A stretch of DNA of 63,340 nucleotides, the filler included, from Phoronis australis (Eukaryota > Animalia > Phoronida): NCBI GenBank assembly GCA_002633005.1. It is 7 parts of 7 records of this genome, joined end to end, with 100 filler letters (N's around TTAATTAATTAA, not from the genome) between each part and the next. Parts side by side here need not be neighbours in the genome. Positions count along the whole stretch, not along the records: positions 44,108 to 57,496 come from NMRA01001587.1; positions 57,597 to 63,340 come from NMRA01002280.1; 5 more parts are not named here. One strand, given 5' to 3'. Position numbers and translations under genes: made by a program. Positions 51,513 to 63,340 of this stretch are shown in pieces; positions within the stretch are counted from its first letter, which is position 1; each line of letters starts with the position of its first letter. The notes under the pieces are model-generated. The model was given only the letters and a program-made list of their open reading frames with translations. It ran no database searches and was not told where the DNA came from.

Positions 51513-51667
51513 GTATGGTCGACGATTAACCCTCGTGGCATCTTCAGCTATTCAATTTGTGTTTGGGATAGCGGCAAGTTTCTCACCTGACTTCACCACT
51601 TTTACCGCCTTGAGGTTCATTGTCGGCATTGGTACGGGAGGACAAAGGAACGCTGCCTTTGTCTTAG
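51513..51667 (+). CDS. SLC22 organic cation/anion transporter, internal exon (155 bp)
   Basis: YGRR..FSPDFTTFTALRFIVGIG; AG/GT boundaries in phase with the next exon. Confidence 0.92.
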
Positions 51668-51878
51668 GTGAGCAATAAAGATGCCTGTTTTTACTTTCAC
51701 TGTTTTTCGTTGTCATTTCTAATGAGCCTTGTTTCTATTGAGCAAATGTAAATGCAGACTAACGCATTATTAAAAAAGTTAAAGAGCCAAGTGTTGAAGA
51801 AAGCGTTGTAAAATGGAACTCCCTATCTAACTGCGATTCTCCTGCCCTTCTACACGTGAAGTAATTTCTCTTCCAAAG

Positions 51879-52047
51879 GTCAGGAATGGTGCACGCAGGA
51901 ATTGCGAACTTTTGCCAATATTATTTGCCTCGTCATGTGGGCCACAGGGGCCGTCGTTTTGGCACTTGTGGCATACGTAACTCGCAACTGGCAGCACGTG
52001 CAGCTAATCATCTCCACTCCAATGTTGATTTTCGTTCTATACTACTG
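51879..52047 (+). CDS. SLC22 transporter exon (169 bp)
   Basis: EW...R..AYVTRNWQHVQL..P...YYW; canonical splice sites. Confidence 0.92.
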
Positions 52048-52320
52048 GTAAGCCCATTCATACTATCAGTTAAGACACTTCATAAGGAAGGGTCTTGACA
52101 TGCAAGCATAAGAGAAACGCACAAAAATACATGGTCGTCAGTCTCGTTCTAGATGGCAAAAGTTCGAATGACACGGCCGGAGTTTGACTGACGAAATAAT
52201 GTTTCGTTTCTGAATAGATCTTACCTTAAATTTAGACATATTTTGAAGATTTGCTTTGTACTTCGTTGAGGATTCGATAAACTAGCAGGTTAGAAAATTT
52301 GTTCTCCTTGGCCTTCACAG

Positions 52321-52447
52321 GATCGTCTATCCCTCACCGAGATGGTTACTCACGAAAGGGCGTCGCAAAGAGGCAACGCAAGTTTTAGTCGCAGCCGCTA
52401 AGTGGAATGGAAAAGAACTCGATCTTGATGACGTTGCCATCGAGCTC
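52321..52447 (+). CDS. SLC22 transporter exon (127 bp)
   Basis: YPSPRWLLTKGR..EA..AAKWNG. Confidence 0.92.
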
Positions 52448-52878
52448 GTAAGTCCAATGTTTACCATGTTAGAGCGGAATTATTCCTGGCTTAGCTTTGC
52501 TAAAACACAATTTAACCACTTTAAATCGACGTCACATACGTCGCACGATGTTTATGCGGACGATTTTGCGGCAGAAATTTTGAACACTTGTAAGGCTGTC
52601 GTGAGCCTGACATTCGGGGTTAAGATGTATATTATGGTTTATGCACATGCGTTTCTGGTCCAAAATCGCACTTGATGATTCCTAGATTTGAACTTTAAAC
52701 TCGAGCAAAAATTAAAAATTTCGAGTTCAAACTCGTATTTTCAGCTGTAATGTTGGGGTCATTAAGTGCAACATAAGGTTACACAGTTAGCTAATATGTA
52801 CTCGACCATAGAATGATAGACCTGTATTGTAAAAATGGTGGTTTGCTCTGAGCCAGTACTACTCAACCTTTTCTTCAG

Positions 52879-53176
52879 CCTAAGGAACACAGGAGTTCTT
52901 TGCTGGATACGTTGAGAACGCCCAACATGCGCTACACCTCGTTGATCGTCTGGTACCTCTGGTGCGTAATGGGTTTGGCATTTTTTGGCCTCAATTACAA
53001 TGTGGGGAACATGTTCGGCGATCTCTTCGTGAACTTCATCGTAATGAATGTAGTAGGAGGGGTGGTCACGACAATTGTATTTTACTTCATAACGAAACGA
53101 GGTCGGCGATGGGGAATGGTCAGTGTGTTGACGGCAGGTGCAGTTTCCAATTTCGTCATCGTGTTTTCCAATAAAG
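52879..53176 (+). CDS. SLC22 transporter exon (298 bp)
   Basis: LLDTLRTPNMR..W..FFGL..GDLFVNF..RGRR. Confidence 0.92.
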
Positions 53177-53960
53177 GTAAGATGATTGTACTTGTATTGT
53201 TTGATTTAAGATACCAATATTATTGGTATAAAGAATATATTCGAAAGATTTTAATCCTTCGACCTTCATTTTTGCTTGTCCAGTGAATTAACTGTAACGT
53301 ATTTCAAAAAATAATCTATGACAGGATCAACTCTAACAATGCCGGCTAAGGCAATAGTGACATTGACATTTTTAAAAGTCCGCCATGTGTCCTGTGCTGT
53401 ACGTACTGTAGACCGTGCATCTGCCAGACTCCATTTCCAGAGAGAAAAAAAGGTTAAGTTGTCGAATGACGTACTGTAATAATGTAAATAATACAGAAAT
53501 ACAATCTTTGGAAAGATGGGCATAGAGAAAACTGTCAATGGAAATGTCTGAGACCTATAGTAGCACGTCTTGAGATGAGACGGACGAGTCCATCACATCT
53601 TGAGATGAGATGGACGAGTCCATGCTTATATACAAGTGAAGTGTAATGCTTGTTCAGTTGTTCTCTGCTAATCAGTTACTCATTTGACTTCAGCCCAAAT
53701 CCTTTGTATACATATGCAGACCTAACTTTGGCTATACCTACATGTATTCAACAAAACAACCCACAGACACACGTGTGTTTATGGACACGATGTTTTAAGT
53801 AACAGATTGTCACGACAATTTTTGCACGTGGCAAAATTTGAGCGATATTTAAACCAATTAAAAAGGTGCAAGCTGAATACACTCACTGCTTTGGTTGTAA
53901 CTGATGCACAAAGCATTGGAGAATGGAAATGAATGGCTTACGCGTATTTGACTAAAAACC

Positions 53961-55062
53961 TACAGCTGATTTCGTAAAGGTGGTTTAAAGTTAAACCTGG
54001 TTTAAATTGGTCTTAGATCCGGTTTAACTATAATCTGCATTTTATAAAGTTGGTTTAACGTTTACACCAGTGGTCTAGTAAAATCTGGTTTAACCCCGGT
54101 TTAGACCTGGTCTAAGTCTGTTTTCATTTCACCAACGAGATCTTTATTCCTTAGACCTGTATTAAGATCTTAAACCAGGTTTAACTTTAGACTTGGTCAG
54201 ACCCTGGTTTAACACTGGTACATATGGCAGACTTGCACGATATAGGTGCAACTGAATGATGCCGCGGTGTGCATTTACGAACCACTTTAAGAGCGAAAAT
54301 GGAGTATTTTCTTTATTCAATTTTACGACAACACAAGATCAAACGTAGCAGGGTCGGATCCAGGATTTCTTAAAAGGGGGTTCAGACCAAGGATTTTTTT
54401 TGAAAAGGGTGGTCAAAGACAACAATTCCAGATTTGTTATCACTTAAGCCAAGGGAAAAAGTACTTACGACGACGACGCCCTGCTCGACCAGTCGTGTTC
54501 TGAGAAATCCGTAGGACACCATCCAGCACGTACTGGTCTACACATAGGCGGATCCAAGAGAGTCAAGGGGTCCGGGCCCACTTTTTCCCTTGATTTTAGT
54601 GATATCAAATCTATAACTTTCAAATTGTTGACTTGATCCCACCCTTTAAAAAGTCCTTGACCGACCCCCTTGAAAATCGTGGATCCGCCCCTGCTACGTT
54701 TGGTCTTGTTGCGTCGTAAATAGCCCATTTTCGCTCTGAAACAGCGTCGTAATTGCATTCCGCGGCATCATTCAGTTGCACCTATATCATGCAAGTCTGT
54801 GATTTAATAGTTAAACCTGGATCTGACCATGTCTAAAGTTAAACCTGGTTTAAGATCTCAATACGGGTTTAAAGAATATAGACCTAGTTGGTGAAATGAA
54901 AACAGACTTTGACCAGGTCTAAACTGGAGTTAAACCAGGTTTTGCTAGACCACTGGTCTAAAAGTTAAGCCACCTTTATGAAATGCAGATTATCTTTAAA
55001 CCTGGTCTAAGCCCAGTTTAAACCAGTTTTAACTTCAAACCACCTTTATGAAATCGGCTGTA
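53961..55062. mobile_element. 1.1-kb foldback element with ~500-bp arms in an SLC22 intron
   Basis: 53961-54462 is inverted-homologous to 54581-55062; ends TA-CAGCYG...CRGCTG-TA; nested GGCGGATCC MITE at 54543-54693. Confidence 0.88.
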
Positions 55063-56694
55063 AAAGTTTATGCGAAAGACGAATTTTTCCAGGGCATCTG
55101 ATCATCTAATCGTTTCACAAATAGTGTGGCGTTTGGGCAGGTCCACTATTCCAGTCAAGTCCAACTCACGCAATTTCTGGGAGCTAAAGCGACATACAAG
55201 AGCTCAGAACACGATTTTGTCAGGAAGACTGCTCTATCATTGAACAACAAAATCGCACATTAAAAATTCAACCATAATCCGCTAGTTGGCATATATGTGT
55301 GTTCGTGTGCGTGTGCGTGTGCGCGAGCCTTCGTGTACATTCATAAATGCTTCAAATAAATCTTGCTCTGACAAAAAATACACTATCAGTAAAAACATAT
55401 TGGCGTGAACATCATCAAGCTTGAATTTCAATCAATCAATCAAAATCAATCAATTCATTAGTCAATCCTGGGCCCATCGTGCACAGAGACGAGTATCCAG
55501 TTGCATTGTCTCATGGACGATATCCGAAATGTTGAAAGGAATACTGCTGAACTACTCTTGTCTAAGATCAAGTGTCGTTGTGATGGCCGTCGTTGAAAGT
55601 CTTTTCTGAGTTTTGCCAAGAGCGTGAAATTCCGTAAAATATCATTTGCAGCAGATACTCTACCCGGAATTTTCGTTACTGTCTTATTGGAGTTTTTTGT
55701 ACATCTAAGCATATGACTACACTTCAAAAATGCAAGTTGTTTTTTCGAAAAAGGGCGAATGCAAACCTCAGGAAACAATTTTGGGACAACTGTCTGGACT
55801 AACTTGAAAAGGCGAATTTCACGAGTTAGGAGTATTGGTTGTGCGCAAGTAAGTCCACTGGCTTCGATTCATAGAACATTTATGGTTTTATAGAATAAGC
55901 AGAGAAATTATTGGTAAATTGAATGCATGAGGTCTGAACAACTTTATTCCAAAAGAACCCGATGGGATCGAAGTTATCGTGTACGATTCTTGTGATCATT
56001 ATATTTTTCATACGTGGCATGGTCACTGTGATACATGTAGAGAAAACGGACTGAGTGCCAATTTAAATTTCAAGTTAAAACAAAAATGATATCAATGTCA
56101 ACAAGGGAAGCCGTGGGTGTTGTCTGACATTGTATTACTTCGTCTATGCGTAATGGTTAAAACTACGTGATAAGCGCGTTTTTGTTTTCCTCCAAACGAC
56201 ACGAGTGGCATGCAATTTGTACACTTTTTAACGTAGACTCTCTCTCTCTCTACAATCAATTCTTTGCTTGATTCTAGCGCACAATAGCAGCCACTCAACC
56301 TGTCTCGCCATTGGATATACCTACATACACCTATCTACTCTGTCATATTACTGTAATTTTTCTTGTACATGTGCTCAACTTGTTTTTTTCATGTAATTTG
56401 TGTGTATTTGGCTATATGTATATGCTTGTTATTTAACAACATTTTTTTTATGTTAAGCTTGCTACGTGGGACGGACCACAACGAAAATAAGTGGCTCCCT
56501 TTTCTTGTCATCCGTGTATCAATTGTCCTGTTTTAGACTACTTGCATTTCAGTCTTATTTGTGATCCTTGCTTCCTTGTCGGTCTTTATCAGTCTTTCTG
56601 CAGTGTTGTCTTATGTTTATCTTGTTGTATTACTTTCGTGGTCAATTGATGTTAAACCAATCACGTAACTCTGCCTGTTTTATGTATTCCTTAG

Positions 56695-56876
56695 CGTTCC
56701 CGAAGCTGACAATTGTTTTCGCTACTATGGGTGTTTCGGCAACTAGTGTCTTCGCCGCCATCCTGTATATCTACACTACAGAGGTGTACCCTACATCCGT
56801 GCGTACAATTGGGCTGGGAATCAGCTCCATCTTCTGTCGTATGGGTGCAATGGTTGTTCCTTTCATTATCAACCTC
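56695..56876 (+). CDS. SLC22 transporter exon (182 bp)
   Basis: YIYTTEVYPTSVRTIGLG.SS..RMG...PF. Confidence 0.93.
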
Positions 56877-57292
56877 GTAAGTGTGATTTCTGTTCTGAAG
56901 TCAACATATTTATTGAACAGTGATAACAAACGCAAATGTCTCATGTTGAAAACTGCAATCAAGAGCCAAAATATATAAACGATAAAAGTGCACCTAACTC
57001 TTGACATTAAAGCAAAGAAATTCTTTGAAGAAATGTCAGCCTTCACAGCAAGTCCATACGGAAGCTGTAGGTGCACATGCATCGTATCCGAAATTCAGTA
57101 TTTTGTCAAAAACTAGTTAAGGCACAGTTTGCAACAAAGACTCAAAGCAGTCGTTGTTTTGCGACATTGACTAATTTATAGAACATTTAAATGATATTTT
57201 TATTTCAAATTACAGATCACTGTTGAGTTTACACTAAACTTTTGTTATTACAGTGTTAAATAATTTTTTGGCGTCAAACAAAACATGAGAAT

Positions 57293-57496
57293 CATGCGCT
57301 CACCCTGTCTGAAAAATGGGGGGCTCGAATTTTTGAGAATGTGGACCTTTTACCAAGATTCACGGGGTACGTTTAGAGGTATGGATTGTGAATTCGTCGA
57401 ATTTTGGTGGATTTTAGAGGACTTTTGTGTCGTTTTCTACTTTTTTGATTTTTTTCCCTGAGGTGGATCTTTTTGCCCATTTCGCCAAATGGGGGG
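57293..57496 (-). mobile_element. MITE, CATGCGCGCAC family, diverged, cut by contig end
   Basis: CATGCGCTCACCCTG end; TTTTTGCCCA.TTCGCCAAATGGG shared with the 50769 copy. Confidence 0.75.
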
Positions 57497-57596
57497 NNNN
57501 NNNNNNNNNNNNNNNNNNNNNNNNNNNNNNNNNNNNNNNNTTAATTAATTAANNNNNNNNNNNNNNNNNNNNNNNNNNNNNNNNNNNNNNNNNNNN
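57497..57596. other. Artificial contig linker
   Basis: 44 N + TTAATTAATTAA + 44 N. Confidence 0.99.
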
Positions 57597-57623
57597 GCGA
57601 CACGAGACCGACAACGCACTTAC

Positions 57624-57762
57624 CACGCTTCCCCCTCGGCCAGACTGGTGAGCAGAGAACCCTGGTGGGGGCGGATAAGATCCAGGTGATGACTGCGTGC
57701 TGGTCTGTCGATCGAATGGTGTGCTCACCACAATGAATTCACTCTCTGACTGCCTGGGTGGG
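57624..57762 (-). CDS. DMXL: DmX-like protein (Rabconnectin-3 alpha) exon
   Basis: EFIVVST...QSGRGGSV; TTTCCAG acceptor, GTAAGT donor; phase fits. Confidence 0.8.
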
Positions 57763-58534
57763 CTGGAAATGCCAAGTGGGAGTTGTTAAAAACACTGCGT
57801 CAACCGAGAACATTTAGTAAAAAAATATCTCTGTAACAAGCAGCGAAGGAACTGACCTAATTAAGCAAAACCAACAAAAATTGACATACAAAAATAAGCT
57901 GACGGAATATCGTTTCTTTGTTGAAACGATTATTTATGACCCCGTCGTCATTATCGCAAGTACTCCGATTTTGAATACTACTTCAACACTGCTGCCATTA
58001 AATGTACCATATCAGAATCCATGCAACTCTGACAAAAAGAAACATGATAATATTATTCAATATACAATTCTTTAGCATCGTGACAACACGAAAACAATCA
58101 CCACTTCTGTTTGACCCAATTTCAAATTCTGGTTGTCACAACGAGCAGAGTTGACAAAGACCAAACACTGTTTGCTCCACTTGCAAACATTAAGCGATGT
58201 TAAAATGTTTACGTGAGCCATATGAATATCTCACCGCCCAACAATGGTGCTTTGACGGCATGATGACCGAAGAAAATCAAAAAATGCTGTTAAATTCCCT
58301 TCTTTAATATTTCCGTCCAAGTTACATGCAAACTGTAGGTGGCACTGCAAGTTTGCACACAAAACGCTATGTTAACAAATGGCTGCACGGCAAATTTCAA
58401 CATGTCACTACAACATCGGAAAGGAATTTTTATATTATATCAAAATTTTTGAAATTAAAATCTTGAGTTTGGTAAATCGTGTAGATTTAAACTCACACTA
58501 AAATGGAGATCTCGAGAAGACTGTGCATACGTAC

Positions 58535-58665
58535 TTGTTGATAGAGTCTATGTCATACTCTATATCATCTGACTCTTCCAACCAAGAGGGAGGGTTGAGA
58601 ATTGATGAAATGTCCATCTCAATCACCTCCTTGTGAGTTGACATTGCCAGGAAGTTCATGTTGCC
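58535..58665 (-). CDS. DMXL: DmX-like protein exon
   Basis: GNMNFLAMSTHKEVIEMDISSIL..W.E...EYD. Confidence 0.88.
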
Positions 58666-58828
58666 CTGGAAACAAACACCATAGTAACAGTAATAAAAAA
58701 CAATGGCAGCAATCACAGAATAAGATGAACATACTACGTCAACACTCAAAGATTGTTTTTACACATTTAAGTGACACCTATACAATATACAGGACAACCT
58801 GCACAAAGTTTCCTGTCAAGAGCCCCAC

Positions 58829-59054
58829 CTGGTGAATACAGAACGAGTTGATCACATCCTGGTCCTTGTGGATTAGCTTGACAGGCTCCCAGGCCAGGCC
58901 GCTGTCCGTTGAGTCAGTGCTGTGTGACATGGTCTCATCCAAGATGGTTGACTTCCTTTTGAAGATATAGCGTATGAACACATCGTGCAGGGGCTGCTGT
59001 TGGACTAAGTACTGCCACAGACGTTTGGCTGGCTGTGCCGTGCTGTGGTCCGAC
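58829..59054 (-). CDS. DMXL: DmX-like protein exon
   Basis: PAKRLWQYLVQQQPLHDVFIRYIFKRK..KLIHKDQDVINSFC. Confidence 0.93.
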
Positions 59055-59572
59055 CTGTTACACGGGAGATAATTATTATTACTAAGAGAGATTAACTGAT
59101 AGCACTGAGGGAAGCACAGCAGAGTGCTGTGGTCCAACCTGGAACAGGAATATAAGAGTAGTTGCCATGGAAAACACAACGTACAAGGGAGATAATTGTG
59201 GTAAGAAAGTAACAGCCATTACAGGAATTTTTCAGAACTCAAGCACAATGATCTGACATAAAACAGCATCACTCAAATAGGGAGGTAACTACAAAAGCTT
59301 TGATTGCAGAATGAGAATGTGGTCCAACCCAAGACAGGGGAGGTACACAAGAGTTCAAATGAGTTTGAAGAATGAAGCGCAAAGAATATTTTCAACAGCA
59401 ACTCTAAAACAAATTCCTTCAATAAGACTTCTCATGTCAAATTTAGATCCCTAAAATTTAGGTATTTATTTCTTTAAATATTGATCACATAGTAAAGCTA
59501 AGTATTCGTTTAACTCCAGCGACGTCAGAATGACGTCTCCTTGACAATATATAAGTACAAATGCTCACTCAC

Positions 59573-59771
59573 TTAAACGGTGTGTTCCTGGGGTCAGTCA
59601 TCGACTTGTACCTCATGATTGACGGTCCGCTGACTGTGTTGTCGATGTAACAGCCAGGGATGTAGTCGTCCGGAGGGCCGGAGAACAAGTCTAGCTTCTC
59701 GCGAAGCAGCTCTTCCCACTGACCCATGGTGGACAGGACCTCTTGCAGGAGGGGTGAGCACACCGGCAACT
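59573..59771 (-). CDS. DMXL: DmX-like protein exon
   Basis: ELPVCSPL..WEELLREKLD.F.GPP.DYI..GP.I.RYK.M.DP.NTPF. Confidence 0.93.
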
Positions 59772-59969
59772 CTGTGGGGGTCAGAAAGCAATACAAGCAT
59801 TCATTTCATTCTTTACCTGGAGTGCACTTACTGAAGTCCACTTGAAAACATGTACAATTATGTTACATTAACGTAAAAGATGGAAAACAAAAAATAATTA
59901 AAATAAAAATTATCTCAGGAAAACGTGCGTGTAAAGTGCACTGTAATGTGAGTGTTAAATACGCAAAGA

Positions 59970-60319
59970 GTTAAGCGTACGAGGATAGAACAACTATCAA
60001 ACACTCCACATGGTCCGTGTCGGGTCACGGAAGCCCCAAAGCAGGTAGGCCTGAAAATACGATGAGGCCAATAGAGAGTCGTAATGCTCAACGCCGGTAA
60101 AACCGGGCAAGGTGTGGCCCGCCGAGTCACACAGAGTCGGTGAGGTTAAGCGTACGAGGATAGGACAACTATCAAACACTCCACATGGTCCGTGTCGGGT
60201 CACGGAAACCCCAAAGCAGGTAGGCCTGAAAATACGATGAGGCCAATAGAGAGTCGTAATGCTCTGCGCCGGTAAAACCGGGCAAGGTGTGGCCCGCCGA
60301 GTCACACAGAGTCGGTGAG
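59970..60319. repeat. 175-bp tandem duplication of a repeat-element end in a DMXL intron
   Basis: Units 59970-60144 and 60145-60319 differ at about 4 positions. Confidence 0.95.
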
Positions 60320-60961
60320 CTCGGTCGTCCAAAAACTTCCAAGATGATTATATAGGATAAGAAGAAAATGCTCAGTAGCAAAGAGTTATGCAATTGAGCG
60401 TGGTCGCGGTATAACTTGCGCGAAAAAACCTTCCAAAGGAAAAACACGTCTTCCTCCAGAAGATAAGTCCGTGGAATGGTTCGCTTTGCGCATGTCCGTA
60501 TCTCATGGTAGTACTCGGGGGAATTCTGGGAGGAATAAAACTATATAACAGTGAATAGTGAAAGACAATAAACCATTTTAAAATTTTGCAACACATATCA
60601 CATGGGTTGCGTTTAGAATAAATATTTTAAATTAGTCAACTGCTATTTTCACATATTGTAAATATAATATCAGAATCTACTGCATCAAAATGCAATGTTT
60701 AATCTTTGAGAAACATTATAAAAGCTAAAACTGCTTATGTCCCAATCTTTAGAATCAAGAAAATTCAATTTCAGCTTGAACTTTGGTTCTACGAATTTTT
60801 AAAATTCGTGCTTCTGTTTTGGCCTAAAACAAATGTGATTAATTTTGGTTCTGTTTCGCATTTTTATTACTTTTGTTTTTTATTTTTATTATCCTTAATT
60901 TATCTAGAAATTTATTAAATCGACAAACAAGTAGAGGAACACTACACAAAGCAAACACTTT

Positions 60962-61137
60962 GCTAACTACATACCCGCCAACTCCCCACTTACCTGCCAA
61001 GTACCCACATACTTACCAACTACCCACATACTCACCAACTACCCACTATATCCCCACACACCCACCAGCTCCCCACATACCTACCAGCTACCCACATAAA
61101 CACCAACTACCCACATATCCACCGACTACACACATAC
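60962..61137. repeat. Degenerate ~18-20-bp minisatellite abutting a splice donor
   Basis: CCAACTACCCACATAC-like units. Confidence 0.85.
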
Positions 61138-61402
61138 CCGCCAACTCAATGCCAACAACGGGCAAGAAGTTCTTGACATTCCACGTTATCAGTCGTACAA
61201 TGGCATATCGCATCAGACTCCAGCTGTATGAGTTGGGGTCCATGTGCTCCAGGGGGGCAAGGGGCTTGCTGCCTCCGGAGTTTGTGTTGAATACGCCGTC
61301 ACCGTCCAGGTCATCGAGGTCATCGTCGTCCGCCTCCTCATCTGAGCTGAGCTCGTCTTCCGAGTCGTATGTGATGCCACTGACAAGAGGGCTAACAATC
61401 GG
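61138..61402 (-). CDS. DMXL: DmX-like protein exon
   Basis: YDSEDE acidic tract, EHMDPNSYSWSLMR..NVKNFLPVVGIELA. Confidence 0.93.
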
Positions 61403-62867
61403 CTACAAGAAAGTGAAATTAAATTAAATGAAAATATAATCAAATAAATAAGAGCAACAGCAAAAACAGGGACTGCTCTCATTTTAAACTTGGCAAACGT
61501 TATCTTTCAGAAAGTGGCAGCCACACAGGTAAGTAATCTCATTATTTGCTTGAGAAAATGGCATATATACAAAGCCAGAGTTTGCATTCCAGACTCCCTG
61601 TGTGCAATGTTTGAAAAACGAAATTCTTCAATATAATACTACATAAAAGGTAATTTATCATTGATAAGAATTTGAATTACAAACAATTTAGAAAAAGGTG
61701 GAACCCTGCAGGACTTTCTGTCTGGTAATGTGATAATTATTAACTTGCGTATATACGATTCCAGAGTGAATGGGTTGTGAATGAAATGTCATAAAATACA
61801 CTTGTGTATTTGCACCTCCTACTAGTTAAACAAATGCATAGTATATACAACTCATGCATACCTCAGTAATTTCATAGATGTGAATACAACAATTAAAGTA
61901 CTTAATAATTGAGAAATAAAAGAAAAACATGTCATATGTCGTTAGCAAATTCCCACAGTGGTATTAAAGAATACAATGGCACTTTTAGCAAACAATGACG
62001 AGGAACACTGGCCATAAGACAAGACAACTTCATAACCACACATCACTCATAATGGTTAAACATTCATGTACAAGTTAACATATGTGCGAATACTATGACT
62101 TCCTCGTCACATTTTCAAAAGTGCTTTGTTGTTTCCACAAACTAAAGCTTGATCAGGGTATTGATATAACTATTGTACAAGCTTCAACATCTCAATTTAT
62201 CAAGAGTCGGACTGTAATGTTGTCCTGGAATATTCCTTGAAGTGGTTTAAGGGCTATGCAGGACCTTACCGACAAGTCTGCATATTTAGTCCAATGTCTG
62301 CAAAACTATTACGTATTTTATCTAGTCAGTAAAAGCACGTTTTCTATAAGTAGATAGCCCGTAGAATTTGACTTTGGACTTTTTCCAATCTGCCATTAAC
62401 TGACGTGACCATGTCTTTTGGTAAAATTTAGCAAAAAGGACAGGTTCATTGATGGCCAGACACTGGTAACCGTAACAAGACCAAAATATTATAAATGTGC
62501 AAGATGAAATTTCAAAAAATGCTGTTACTGTTTTATAAATTACCACTTAGTTTTCCTTTTATGCAACATTTGAATATTTTCATAAAAATCATAAAAGTCA
62601 TATTTTTGATAGCTCCCTGTGGACATGTGCAAAACTTTAAAAAACAGTTCCTAATAGAGTTTTTAAGAACAGTGCATAAAGCACAGTGTCTCAATGTTTC
62701 ATGTGAATCCGATCGGCCATTTCTGAGATATGATTTTACGAAGTTGGCCAAATTTAGGGTCCCACATGATCTTTATGCGAACAAGTAGTGCAATCGGTTA
62801 AAGAGCAGTTAATCCAACGCTGAGTTGGTAATCATATGGACAATCCCACCTATTAGCAATTCCTCAC

Positions 62868-63043
62868 CTTAGCCATGAAGTAGTTGACAATGCTGCACTG
62901 AGGTGCAACAAATGACTCCTTGAACATGGTCTTCGGCTCGGCTTGGGCTTTGTGGGCCTTGGGCGAGGAGGGCGGAGGGGGCCCAATGATTCTCATGGCC
63001 TGGTACATGCGCAGCTTGGATGGGTCGCTTACAGTGCCAGACT
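62868..63043 (-). CDS. DMXL: DmX-like protein exon
   Basis: FKESFVAPQCSIVNYFMAK spliced to P (FxPP..S...YF..KP motif); phases consistent across all six exons. Confidence 0.88.
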
Positions 63044-63340
63044 CTGAGAATTTAGAACAGTGCTGTGTATAAGAAGATAATTTATGGCGAAGTTTGTCTA
63101 GACTCGTTGAAATTATGGTTAAAATTAAGAAGAAACTGTGAGAAGGAATTAAGCTGTTTGTTCATGAAAACCTAGCCCAACCTTTTCTCTGAAACTCCTT
63201 GACTTTCAAGAGAAGATGTTTGTCAACATTTTCTCAAAAACTAAATGTACAAAATAGACATACTACTCAGGACGTTTGTATAAAGACGGCACGAGGCAAT
63301 TTTCAAAAAAAAATATTTGACTAAACAAGCCGCCTAAGGG

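Noticed and set aside
26281-57596. Six regularly recurring TTAATTAATTAA motifs in N runs as a biological repeat
   Set aside because: Identical 100-bp artificial linker with stops in all six frames; adjacency across linkers has no biological meaning
57597-57645. tRNA/SINE-like head on the minus strand
   Set aside because: Explained by the DMXL exon end and its GTAAGT donor
60873-61427. 184-aa plus-strand ORF
   Set aside because: Antisense of a DMXL exon plus the minisatellite
1-63340. Prokaryotic defence, retron or RNA-guided system
   Set aside because: No operons; the RTs are LINE and copia types; genes are spliced metazoan genes; no TnpB/Fanzor-like motifs recognised

Overview
This is animal nuclear DNA (probably a marine invertebrate; taxon not determinable here), not prokaryotic. 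It is not one locus: six identical 100-bp artificial linkers (44 N + TTAATTAATTAA + 44 N) join seven contigs: A 1-26280, B 26381-29254, C 29355-33750, D 33851-40126, E 40227-44007, F 44108-57496, G 57597-63340. Host genes, all partial and spliced: TP53RK and FITM2 head-to-head (E), five exons of an SLC22 transporter (F), six exons of DMXL/Rabconnectin-3 alpha (G), and one probable exon of a large repetitive extracellular protein (D). Most of the rest is decayed transposable elements: a LINE RT, an hAT-like transposase, a PHD-containing AcademH-type transposase with a pogo (DD35D) transposase and a HIRAN-like ORF inside its long intron, a CACTA/EnSpm fragment next to a TatD-like fragment, a GalEa-clade Ty1/copia, Penelope, Kolobok-like and BEL remnants, and many MITEs. 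I cannot show a clearly new biological system. The best leads are a solo LTR with clustered heat-shock elements, the AcademHP locus with a 9-bp-TSD MITE, accessory TatD/HIRAN modules beside transposases, tandem structured 3' repeats of the LINE, and a CTCF-motif array. All family calls come from motif recognition by eye; no database searches were run.
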